Below are positions 1-8,075 of a stretch of DNA of 42,070 nucleotides, one piece after another. The stretch is from a virus. Taxonomy: Duplodnaviria; Caudoviricetes. Position numbers and translations under genes: made by a program. The first letter of the stretch is position 1, and each line of letters opens with the position of its first letter. The stretch is from the IMG/VR virus record IMGVR_UViG_3300033067_001197, positions 1-42,070 of that record; one strand, 5' to 3'. The notes beneath the pieces were generated by a model that saw only the letters and a list, made by a program, of their open reading frames with translations, did not search any database and was not told the DNA's origin.

Positions 1-45
1 GTGTGGGGTGGAGGTTTGATTTTAGTGGGGCTAAAGAAGTTTTAA
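1..45 (+). CDS. 3' end of a truncated upstream gene with a hydrophobic C-terminal anchor (VWGGGLILVGLKKF*)
   Basis: Frame 1 is open from base 1 to TAA at 43-45; hydrophobic stretch then KK. Confidence 0.4.
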   Translation: MWGGGLILVGLKKF

Positions 46-82
46 GGAAGGCTAGGGTGGGGGGACGTAAGCGAAAAATAGT

Positions 83-964
83 ATGATAGAAATTCCACGT
101 AAAGGAAATGATTACCTCTCCACCGACACTGGAGAGATCCTCCGTGAGATAGGAATCGATAAAATCAATGAAGATTTATTAACCCTACCCGGTGCGACAA
201 ACTTGAGCGGAGAGGATTGGCGAGAGATTTGTGAACTAGTGTGGCTTGCCTGCGATTCATTTTTAGCAAGGGACCTTCAGGAATTCTATGACGTTGAATG
301 TGAGAAATCCTATGGCGAGGGCAGAGCTTTCCTCGATATTGTGGCGCGTTGTAAAGGAACCATCGAGCCGTTCAAGAATTTTAAGGATTCCCTCGTTGTT
401 GTCGATTGGAAAACCACTTCGTCGCCAGTGGATAACGATTCATGGAGAACTCGTTGTATGCGCTCGTATCAATGGAGGGAGTATAAGTTTCGCGAACCTA
501 ATGCCACGTTATTCATTTACCGAGGCTTATCACGGAGTATTGATTGGCGTAAGAAGGGCGATGAGGGGGAACCTGCTAAACGGACGCGCGAGGTTATACT
601 TCACCTCCCCGATGCGATCATACCGGATGTTGCACATAGGAGCGGTGCGATTGATGCGATGCGAGGGGCGCTAGCTGAATGGGAGGTGTGGCCCAAAAAC
701 ACGCAAAGTTGTGATGACTTCGGCTACACATGCCCCAACCTTAAGGATTGTGAAAATAATACGATGCCGCAAAAGTTGATCCAACTACGTGAGATGTCGT
801 ATAGTCGAAGAGAGATGTTCCTAAGGTGCCCCGAGAGATACCGCCGAGCAGAACTTCAAATAATGGAAGAAAAGGATGAAGATAATACAACAGTTGGGAA
901 AATGGTTCACTCCGCGCTTGAAAGAATCTGGAGAGAAGCCTTCAACAAGTTCACCTCCAATTGA
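83..964 (+). CDS. PD-(D/E)XK (Cas4/RecB-like) exonuclease, apparently circularly permuted
   Basis: E..(FLDIV)..VVVDWKT..YQW catalytic motifs; C-x6-C-x5-C cluster; SYSRREMFLRCP..GKMVHSALE motif; upstream of Sak4-like ATPase and SSB. Confidence 0.8.
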   Translation: MIEIPRKGNDYLSTDTGEILREIGIDKINEDLLTLPGATNLSGEDWREICELVWLACDSFLARDLQEFYDVECEKSYGEGRAFLDIVARCKGTIEPFKNFKDSLVVVDWKTTSSPVDNDSWRTRCMRSYQWREYKFREPNATLFIYRGLSRSIDWRKKGDEGEPAKRTREVILHLPDAIIPDVAHRSGAIDAMRGALAEWEVWPKNTQSCDDFGYTCPNLKDCENNTMPQKLIQLREMSYSRREMFLRCPERYRRAELQIMEEKDEDNTTVGKMVHSALERIWREAFNKFTSN

Positions 965-1199
965 GGCGGAATCCAAAACAACACCGCATACGATTTATGC
1001 GAAATGGAAGGAGACAACTACCAAAATAGGCTGCATTGAGTTTCAAAAGGCTAGACATGGTGTAATATTTTTCACCGTATCTAAAACATATAAGCCAATC
1101 CCGACTGTAAGTGTGGTTAGCGAAGGAGACATTCGGGATTTGATTGAGGCGGCACAAGAGTTCCTTGTAGCCATTGAAGAGGAAGAAGAGCGGCGTTAG
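876..1199 (+). CDS. hypothetical protein (start uncertain, possibly ATT at 960 overlapping the upstream stop)
   Basis: ORF fills the gap after the nuclease; acidic helical C-terminus. Confidence 0.55.
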   Translation: MKIIQQLGKWFTPRLKESGEKPSTSSPPIEAESKTTPHTIYAKWKETTTKIGCIEFQKARHGVIFFTVSKTYKPIPTVSVVSEGDIRDLIEAAQEFLVAIEEEEERR

Positions 1200-1227
1200 A
1201 GAGAATTTGGAAGGAGGTTTTTGTAAA

Positions 1228-1368
1228 ATGCTACCACTAAGCATAGTGTTATATGACTCGTGGCGACAGTTTCTAGGACCAAAAGATGCTCCGATGTGGG
1301 AAGATCTAGATCCGAGAACGCAAGAGTGTTGGAAAATGATAATGAGGGGTCTTATTGCCCGTTTATGA
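1228..1368 (+). CDS. small hypothetical protein with PxWxxLxPxxxExW motif
   Basis: AAGGAGG SD before ATG 1228; motif shared with 3277..3456. Confidence 0.65.
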   Translation: MLPLSIVLYDSWRQFLGPKDAPMWEDLDPRTQECWKMIMRGLIARL

Positions 1369-1484
1369 GGCCGCGTTGAGGAGGATTACAAACTTGCAGG
1401 GGTGGATGGAACTTGGATTTTTAAACGATCTGGAGATTTTGATGACAACAAACGAGTTTGGGTGGAAGAAAGGACTGAAAAATT

Positions 1485-1685
1485 ATGACTAAAAGTACTA
1501 CAGTAGTAGGACCCCTCTCATTAGAGAATCAAAGGGGAAAAGTGGGAGTGAAAATCCAACTCTCCTACGATGAATTCGGAGATCCATTTGCGGATTCCGT
1601 TAAAAGTGATTGTGAAGAATTCCTCACGGAGTTACAGAAGAAGTATATGGGGGAAGATGAAGAGCGCACAAAGGGGGCAGAATAA
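1485..1685 (+). CDS. hypothetical protein
   Basis: AAAGGA SD; ends 3 nt before the ATPase gene. Confidence 0.7.
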   Translation: MTKSTTVVGPLSLENQRGKVGVKIQLSYDEFGDPFADSVKSDCEEFLTELQKKYMGEDEERTKGAE

Positions 1686-1688
1686 TCA

Positions 1689-2540
1689 ATGGATGTGAAA
1701 CCCCAAATGAAACTTGGCCCCGGAGCAACGGTTTCCGCCGCCAAAGCCCCAAAGATGAAGATGAAAAAGGCGGGCCAAGATGGGGATCAGCGGCAAATCA
1801 ATTACCTCCTCTTCGGGGAATCCGAGAGCGGAAAAACTTCTACCGCAGCTAATCTCGCTGCCGCCGATCAGAGAGTATTTATTCTCTTCACTGACCTCGG
1901 GAATGACAACGGCATCAGTGGGGCACAGGTATACGCAAACCTGAAGAAGAGTTCCGAGAAGTTCAAGGACAACGTAGCGTGGATTTCCCTTGATGACGTT
2001 GAACAAGTCTCAAAGTTCGTGGAAGATCCTACGAGTGTTGTGGATGGCTTTTGGGATTTCAACCCAGATTTCATCCTCTGGGATGGCTTCTCGTTTCACC
2101 AACAGATGAACATCATCCCTGATGTCGAGGAGGACACGAATAGCGATGATGCAAGTGAGGGATCTTTTGAAACTTACAAGGGGTGGGGAAAGGTCAAGAA
2201 CCGCACAGTCCGTACCCTAGGAAACTTTCTTTCGCTTCGTAATCCCAATGGGAAAGCGCTCCACAAGATTGTAACAACCGCTGTGAAATACGCTTCGGAG
2301 AAGGTGGGACCTGATAAGAGCGAAGTGCGCGCTCAACACCATCCTGACATTAGCGGCGCAGCATCCAAGTTTATCCGTTACGGTTTCGATGCCGTCATCG
2401 AGACTGTGAGGGAAAAAGGTGTGTTCGAGTTTCGACTTGACACATCGAGTGCAACTAAGCGACGTTTTACGCTTCCTGATAAGATGGCGGCGGACTTTGC
2501 GAAGTTGCATCAGAGTGTAGTAGATCAGACAAAACAATAG
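1689..2540 (+). CDS. AAA_24 / Sak4-like ATPase (recombination/annealing)
   Basis: Walker A LLFGESESGKTS, Walker B ILWDGFS, YKGWG motif; nuclease-ATPase-SSB context. Confidence 0.8.
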   Translation: MDVKPQMKLGPGATVSAAKAPKMKMKKAGQDGDQRQINYLLFGESESGKTSTAANLAAADQRVFILFTDLGNDNGISGAQVYANLKKSSEKFKDNVAWISLDDVEQVSKFVEDPTSVVDGFWDFNPDFILWDGFSFHQQMNIIPDVEEDTNSDDASEGSFETYKGWGKVKNRTVRTLGNFLSLRNPNGKALHKIVTTAVKYASEKVGPDKSEVRAQHHPDISGAASKFIRYGFDAVIETVREKGVFEFRLDTSSATKRRFTLPDKMAADFAKLHQSVVDQTKQ

Positions 2541-2582
2541 TAATTCAGATCACAATTAAAGAAAGGTTAAATTTTAAATCAA

Positions 2583-3272
2583 ATGGCTTTCATTTCAAGC
2601 GGCGCAGACGCCAAACCAACCCTATTTTGCATCGGTGAACTCGCGGAGGTCGAAGCAACTCGGCCCTCAAAGAGTGGGGAGTATTATGTTACCACTTTCA
2701 AGATCAACCCCCTAGGTTCTGCAAACCAGAAGGCTACGGTGTGGATGACATGGCACCCTGAGTTCCTCCGTCCTGGTTACAACACCATGAAGGAAGAATC
2801 TAACGCGATGAAGATGTTATATGATAGCAATATCATCCGCGAACACAAGGGTTTCAACGTCCACTCTTCGGAATTCGGGAAGACCCAAACTGTTGGGCTC
2901 GCTACTCTCCAAGGGATGTGCGGCAGTGAGGAGCGTTTTATCGAAGTTGCAACTCAGTTGCAAGAAGCCTTCAGCGAGAGTCCTGATGTGGAAACTCTGG
3001 TGGAAAAGGTGGATGTGATTTTCCAATCCCTGGTGGGCAACACTGTTGGCTATTGCCTCAAGCAACAGTGGGTGAAGACCGATGCTGTTAATGACAAGGG
3101 CTATGCGGTTAAGGTTCGTGGGAAGTACTACGAAGTTGCGGGTTTGTTTTACGCAACAGAGGGTGAACTCGCGAAGATCAATAAGGCGGTAGAGAAGGCG
3201 AAAGATAAGGACGCATCAACGCAAGTGTGGGTGTGTTTCGATAACGAAGTTCCGTTCTCTACGGCGGGCTAA
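2583..3272 (+). CDS. probable single-stranded DNA-binding protein
   Basis: Follows the Sak4-like gene; beta-rich N-terminus; C-terminal DNEVPF tail; AAAGG RBS. Confidence 0.55.
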   Translation: MAFISSGADAKPTLFCIGELAEVEATRPSKSGEYYVTTFKINPLGSANQKATVWMTWHPEFLRPGYNTMKEESNAMKMLYDSNIIREHKGFNVHSSEFGKTQTVGLATLQGMCGSEERFIEVATQLQEAFSESPDVETLVEKVDVIFQSLVGNTVGYCLKQQWVKTDAVNDKGYAVKVRGKYYEVAGLFYATEGELAKINKAVEKAKDKDASTQVWVCFDNEVPFSTAG

Positions 3273-3276
3273 TAAA

Positions 3277-3456
3277 ATGCGCCTTTACGGTCAAATCGGA
3301 TACGAGGCGTATTGCAAGAAGACCGGATGGAAATCCATTGCAACGGGGCAAGATTTACCTAAGTGGAAGGAGTTAAAACCTGAAATTAAGGAAGCTTGGC
3401 TTGTGGCGGGGAAGGCGATAGCTGAAGAGGTTTTATCGAATCAGCTTGATAGCTAG
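3277..3456 (+). CDS. small phage protein, 59 aa (MRLYGQIGYEAYCKKTGWKSIATGQDLPKW...)
   Basis: Translated by hand, not in the ORF track; ATG 4 nt after the SSB stop. Confidence 0.75.
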   Translation: MRLYGQIGYEAYCKKTGWKSIATGQDLPKWKELKPEIKEAWLVAGKAIAEEVLSNQLDS

Positions 3457-3466
3457 CTTGTAGCTA

Positions 3467-3495
3467 AATGGGGGAGTGTAAAATCTTCCCCCATT
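3467..3495 (+). terminator. stem-loop, possible terminator or RNA processing site
   Basis: AATGGGGGAG-N9-TTCCCCCATT; only a weak U tract. Confidence 0.5.
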
Positions 3496-3522
3496 CTAAC
3501 AAAAATTAAGGAGTGAAAATCA

Positions 3523-3849
3523 ATGAGCCTAGATGTATGGTTAAAAGATCCCCTCACAGATACGGAACTTTTCGAGGCAAATATAACCCATAATTTGAAT
3601 CGAATGGCCGAAGCGGCGGGTTTTTATGAAGCCTGTTGGAGGCCGGAGGAGATCCACATCACAACGGCGAGAGAGTTGGCTCCGTATTTGAGGGAGGGGC
3701 TTATTAAACTCGTAGAGGACCCGGAGAAGTATGAGGAATATAATGCGCCCAATGGTTGGGGATTGTATGAACACTTTGTTCCATGGGTATTTGAATACTG
3801 GCGAGCGTGTTGTAGGTGGCCCGATGCAAAGGTTTTTGTGAGCCGATAG
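3523..3849 (+). CDS. conserved phage hypothetical protein
   Basis: MSLDV..ANITHNL..MA..AG.Y..WRPEE..NGWG.YE pattern recalled from many phages; AAGGAG SD. Confidence 0.8.
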   Translation: MSLDVWLKDPLTDTELFEANITHNLNRMAEAAGFYEACWRPEEIHITTARELAPYLREGLIKLVEDPEKYEEYNAPNGWGLYEHFVPWVFEYWRACCRWPDAKVFVSR

Positions 3850-3861
3850 GAGATAAAACAA

Positions 3862-4035
3862 ATGAATAGGAGAATGTTTTTTGCGCTCTTAAAAAATCCA
3901 CCAGTAAAAACTGCTCTATCGGTACAAGCGCAGTTAGACGAGATATTAAATTTTTGGACTAACGCGACGTATGAGGAGACAGAGAGAGGGGTGTGGAAGT
4001 ACAAAGTTTTAGATTTTAAATCACAGGTGGCATAA
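3862..4035 (+). CDS. small protein, 57 aa, starting MNRRMFF
   Basis: Translated by hand; AGGAG SD; fills the gap exactly. Confidence 0.7.
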   Translation: MNRRMFFALLKNPPVKTALSVQAQLDEILNFWTNATYEETERGVWKYKVLDFKSQVA

Positions 4036-4036
4036 A

Positions 4037-4633
4037 GTGAATTCCAAGCCCAGAGCCTGTTGCAGTTGTAGCTTACATGGTACCTCGTTCGGCTTCGTTT
4101 ACGACATTGATCCCCCCGAGCCAGATTTTTACCTCATCCGAAGGCAACCCACAAAAGATGAGGTGAACGCAGGGGAAGCTGTTCTTAAAAACTACTGGGA
4201 GGAATTACTACCAGAAGGTGCGGAGAAGTGTAATGTAGGTTACACTTCTCTCATCCGGTGTTCTTATGATGCCCAAAAGATACCAGTTTCACTCCTTAAA
4301 ATTATAAACATCTGTAGAGTCCACGATGCGGGAATTGATCGGTTCGACCCAAACGCTTTCATCATTACCTATGACATAAATGATGCGTTCAAAATCCCCG
4401 CCTACAAGGTCTTCATAAAGAGGGCGCTTGAGATCGCTAAGTTGTTGAAAACAAAGGGGTTACGGCCCGCTGTGTTACTTGGGAGCGAAGTGGCGAAAAC
4501 AATCAATCCCCACCTCTTTGCGGACACTGGTAATCACCGGGGCACAACGTTTAAGGACTGGGTGGGGCACTGGTGGGTGGGGGAGTGGCCGTTTGAAACA
4601 AAAGCGAAGCGATTTGCAAAGGAGATAAAATGA
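4037..4633 (+). CDS. family-4 uracil-DNA glycosylase-like protein (degenerate)
   Basis: CxxCxL..FV..QPxxxExxxG..YTSLIRC..C pattern; VLLG..A motif; upstream of PolA. Confidence 0.6.
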   Translation: MNSKPRACCSCSLHGTSFGFVYDIDPPEPDFYLIRRQPTKDEVNAGEAVLKNYWEELLPEGAEKCNVGYTSLIRCSYDAQKIPVSLLKIINICRVHDAGIDRFDPNAFIITYDINDAFKIPAYKVFIKRALEIAKLLKTKGLRPAVLLGSEVAKTINPHLFADTGNHRGTTFKDWVGHWWVGEWPFETKAKRFAKEIK

Positions 4634-5034
4634 TCGATCATATAAAACCAACACCTCCGCCATCGTGGAAAAAAGAGGGATGGAAGAAATCTTTCATTGA
4701 CATTTTAGATGAAGAATTCTTAATCGAGTGGTGGTGCGATGGTCATTGGTGCGAATTTCGGGCGTATGAAATTTTAAGCGAGGATGAGCAGGGGAGGATC
4801 TATTTCGAGAGAGCCGACGGGAATATATCGAAGGGCTGTATAACCTTCGACCTTAACGAGGCGGAATTGGTAATGAGAGGGCATTATAAGTGGGACGGGT
4901 GTTTTGAGCACAAATATAATCAAGGTCATTGGTGTGGATCGGAGCCGCTTAAGCGCCACATTAAGTTATTGATTTATCTCTACAAGCGGGCGCACTCAGA
5001 GATGGAATCCATGGACCCTTGGGAAGATGAGTGA
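4630..5034 (+). CDS. hypothetical protein
   Basis: AAGGAG SD, ATGA coupling; G.YKWDGC motif. Confidence 0.75.
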   Translation: MIDHIKPTPPPSWKKEGWKKSFIDILDEEFLIEWWCDGHWCEFRAYEILSEDEQGRIYFERADGNISKGCITFDLNEAELVMRGHYKWDGCFEHKYNQGHWCGSEPLKRHIKLLIYLYKRAHSEMESMDPWEDE

Positions 5035-5384
5035 AACGAAGACGAAAAGGTTTGCGAAGGAGATTTAAATATATGAGTGGTTGGGCACAACGGGATGCAG
5101 AACGGAAGGAGGAAGAAGCTAGGAGCGGGTGGAGTAATGATATGTATGATGGTAGAGATATTGACAATATGGTAGCTAGTTTAGATGCTATCGATGACAT
5201 GCTGATCTGCGATTGGATTGCCCCTCCCTTCACATGGTCCCCTGAGGAATACAGAAATGCGATCAATAAACTAGTCTGCTCCCACGCGGATAGGGCAATC
5301 TACTTTGAGCATCAAAGATTAATAAAACTTAATGAGGATTTCTATGGCCCCGCCTTCAAAGAAAACGATGTGCCGTTCACTTAA
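5031..5384 (+). CDS. hypothetical protein
   Basis: GTGA coupling; basic N-terminus. Confidence 0.65.
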   Translation: MKRRRKGLRRRFKYMSGWAQRDAERKEEEARSGWSNDMYDGRDIDNMVASLDAIDDMLICDWIAPPFTWSPEEYRNAINKLVCSHADRAIYFEHQRLIKLNEDFYGPAFKENDVPFT

Positions 5385-5625
5385 AGCTATTCAAAAAGAC
5401 TACCTGCGCCTATCTAAACTAATCGAGGAAGCCAACGTTTCAATTGCAGAATTAAAGAAGGAGGCAAAGGAAGCGGGCTGTAATCACCCAGAAGATTTAG
5501 GCTACTACTGGCAGGAGGATAAAGATGATGGCTACGGGCGTTGGTGGAAGCTTGATAAGAAACGTTGTAAACTTTGTGGGTGTGAATTTTATAGGTATCT
5601 GGGAGAGTGGAGGAGTTGGGAATGA
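5368..5625 (+). CDS. small putative zinc-binding protein
   Basis: CNHP..CKLC after a coiled segment; stop overlaps the PolA ATG; start placed at ATG 5368. Confidence 0.65.
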   Translation: MCRSLKAIQKDYLRLSKLIEEANVSIAELKKEAKEAGCNHPEDLGYYWQEDKDDGYGRWWKLDKKRCKLCGCEFYRYLGEWRSWE

Positions 5626-6836
5626 AAAAACAACAACTATCCCTTTTCTCCCCTGAAGAGGGAACCAAATTCACCCCCACCCTCAAAGAAACAAAAAACG
5701 AAAGTCTAGTAGCGAAAGGTTTTATCCTCTCACCAAAGAGCGCAAAAACCTTTAAGCGCAAGTCCAGAGCGGATGGGATTTACCTTCCAGATGAGAAAAA
5801 GCCCCTCACTTATGGTTTAAAATTTGAAGACAAACGGCAACGGATTCCAGAATGGGCATTACCAAAAATCAGTCTTTCACGCCAACGTGTATTAGAGATC
5901 ATTGAGGAAACCGATTCGATGGGGTTAGATTTCGAGTACAACCCAACGACTCGAAAACTCTCTATCGTAGGTGTGGCGAATAAAACCGAATGTGCCTCTT
6001 GTAAGTGGGATAAGGAGATTGGAGCCGCACTCATTAAAAAATCAAAGAATCCCAAAACCCGTTTCGTGGGGCACTTTGTCTTAGGTGCCGATAAGCCCGT
6101 TTTAGAGGAAGCGATGGAGGAAGAAACTCCTCTTTGGCTCTGGGAAGATTCGATGATTGCTCACTACTTGTGTGCAAGTTCTTTAGCGAAGGCTCCAGGT
6201 AAGGAGGCGGATAGTGATGGAGCACTTGGGTTCATGAGCCTAGGCTTTGCGGCACACCTTTGGACGAATTTAATACAGTGGAAAGAATGTAGAGGCTTAT
6301 ATTGTGAAGGACCGTGCCCCAGTCATGACGTGTTCGGATATAATGCAGTGGACTCTTGGGCTGGACTTGAGGTTTTCGATAACTGTGTGGGGTTTATGTC
6401 CACCAAAGGAATCCCTATGCGGGTTTACGAAGAACATAAGGAACTCGCTTTAAATTTCTGTCTCGCCGCTGAGAAACGGGGGATGATCGTTGACCTCGAT
6501 TACGCGCGGAAACTCGAAGATGAGATGGAAAAGAAGCAGGAGAACCTATTCCCCAAGGGTAACCCCCGATTCAACCCACGGAGTAACATTCAAGTGGTGA
6601 AGTGGTTTGAGAAGAATGGGGTCAAACTTGCCGCGAATGACAAAGGAACTATCGAGCTAGCTTTGGAGGCTCGAATTCATGAGACACTTGGTTTGACCTC
6701 TATTGGGGAAATCGATGACGAAAGTGAGGCGATGATGGATGAGGTCACTAGAGCCCTCTATGATCTTTATATTTTCAAATCGATGGGGAAAGGAACCGAT
6801 GCTTGGGTTGCGGAGAAATACATAACCTATGAGTAA
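5622..6836 (+). CDS. polA: DNA polymerase family A, N-terminal part (3'-5' exonuclease + thumb)
   Basis: ExoI GLDFE, ExoII HFVLGAD, ExoIII YNAVD, EKRGMIVD, FNPRSNIQV; GGAGG SD and ATGA overlap at 5622. Confidence 0.9.
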   Translation: MKKQQLSLFSPEEGTKFTPTLKETKNESLVAKGFILSPKSAKTFKRKSRADGIYLPDEKKPLTYGLKFEDKRQRIPEWALPKISLSRQRVLEIIEETDSMGLDFEYNPTTRKLSIVGVANKTECASCKWDKEIGAALIKKSKNPKTRFVGHFVLGADKPVLEEAMEEETPLWLWEDSMIAHYLCASSLAKAPGKEADSDGALGFMSLGFAAHLWTNLIQWKECRGLYCEGPCPSHDVFGYNAVDSWAGLEVFDNCVGFMSTKGIPMRVYEEHKELALNFCLAAEKRGMIVDLDYARKLEDEMEKKQENLFPKGNPRFNPRSNIQVVKWFEKNGVKLAANDKGTIELALEARIHETLGLTSIGEIDDESEAMMDEVTRALYDLYIFKSMGKGTDAWVAEKYITYE

Positions 6837-7020
6837 GACACTATTTTATGTTCGTTTGGGTCGTTGGACAGTTCGGGGAGCATTTGCTTGGTACGACATG
6901 TGGGTTGGCGCATTTTGGGATCAACAAAAAGAAGTGCTCTATGTCTGTCCGCTACCCTGCTGCGTCTTACAGATCAAAAAATGGCCTGTATTTGATTTAC
7001 CGAGTGAGGCAAACAGGTGA
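6829..7020 (+). CDS. small aromatic-rich protein inserted between the polA halves
   Basis: FAWYDMWVGAFWD..LYVCPLP; overlaps both neighbours. Confidence 0.75.
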   Translation: MSKTLFYVRLGRWTVRGAFAWYDMWVGAFWDQQKEVLYVCPLPCCVLQIKKWPVFDLPSEANR

Positions 7021-8075
7021 TACCAAAAATTCATGCTAGGTGGGTCTTCACAGGGGCCTCCACAATGCGCCTCTCATCATCAAGGCCCAATTTAACAAAC
7101 ATTCCCGCTAGGGGGTGGGGGAAGGATGTTAAGAAGATCTTTGTGCCCCCACCAGGGAAAATCTATCTGAGTGCAGATGCCTCGAATTTAGAAACCCGCA
7201 TCGTTCTCGATAACGCGGGAATCGACACTCGAACCATCACAACGGATGCTTTCAAATGGCTTGTCTCCCAGGCGAGGGAAGCGTTTGAGGAAGCGGGGAA
7301 GATCGCAGGTAAATCCGCCCGTGATATGGCGAAGATTGTAAGTCACGGCTCGAATTACGGCGCGGGCATAAAGCTATTTGATCCCTATGAAGTCTCTACT
7401 CCAGTGGTAAAAAATCAAATAGCGGAAGGGGCTTTGGAGATCCATGAGGATTGGATCTATTGCGGGAAAGTAGTTGGCTTCACAGGGGTCCGCTTAGCTG
7501 AGATTCTCTTTAGGTTGAATAAGAAAACCCCCCGCAAGCAGGCTTTTGAGTTACGAAGGAAGGCGCTACGGATTCAAAAGGCGTATTTTGACAATTTCCC
7601 CATTCGAGCGTGGCAACAAAAAGTTCTCGCTAAAGCAGAGCAGGGGTTTATCCAAACTAGGTGGGGCTCCTATCTCACCCTGATCGAATCCCCAGTTGAA
7701 AACGCAAAGATTGCTCTCGCCAAAATTGGGCAAGGCGAGGGGGCAGAGTATGTACAGGGGAAGCAAATCGAATTGCTCCGCAAGGTTTGTAATAAGAATG
7801 TAACAATGGATGCCCAGGTACATGACGAAGTATTACTTGCGATCCCAAAGGATTACCCGAAGGATGGAATTCGTGAGATAGTTGAAATTTTACACGGGGA
7901 GTCTCATCGCATCCCTGGGTTCTACTGTCCTTGGAAAAGTCGATTATGCCTCAATTGGGGAACAAAGTTAAAAGAAAATTGCTCTTGTAGAGGCGAGTTC
8001 TATCTTCGTCCCACAGGAGGGGATCTTGTGTGGACATGTGATAAGTGCGAAAGGGAGGAGGAGTTTGATGGATAG
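7017..8075 (+). CDS. polA: DNA polymerase family A, C-terminal part (palm/fingers) with C-terminal Zn ribbon
   Basis: TMRLSSSRPNLTNIP, motif A ADASNLETR, motif B RDMAKIVSHGSNYG, motif C QVHDE; GAGG SD and GTGA overlap. Confidence 0.92.
   Translation: MIPKIHARWVFTGASTMRLSSSRPNLTNIPARGWGKDVKKIFVPPPGKIYLSADASNLETRIVLDNAGIDTRTITTDAFKWLVSQAREAFEEAGKIAGKSARDMAKIVSHGSNYGAGIKLFDPYEVSTPVVKNQIAEGALEIHEDWIYCGKVVGFTGVRLAEILFRLNKKTPRKQAFELRRKALRIQKAYFDNFPIRAWQQKVLAKAEQGFIQTRWGSYLTLIESPVENAKIALAKIGQGEGAEYVQGKQIELLRKVCNKNVTMDAQVHDEVLLAIPKDYPKDGIREIVEILHGESHRIPGFYCPWKSRLCLNWGTKLKENCSCRGEFYLRPTGGDLVWTCDKCEREEEFDG

Noticed and set aside
1-66. G-quadruplex or terminal repeat at the left edge
   Set aside because: G runs are common throughout this genome and partly explained by Gly/Trp codons; no matching sequence at the right end.
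83-964. CRISPR-Cas adaptation module
   Set aside because: No cas1/cas2 and no repeat-spacer array; the nuclease-Sak4-SSB context indicates recombination.
1366-1368. Genome-wide TGA recoding
   Set aside because: Many genes end in TGA with ATGA/GTGA coupling, and long genes are intact in the standard code.
6837-7016. Group I intron, split intein or ribosomal bypass in polA
   Set aside because: The gap is only 180 nt and fully coding in another frame. No intein N/C motifs are present. The matching in-frame GAG at 7002 is followed by a stop, and the downstream half has its own SD and start.
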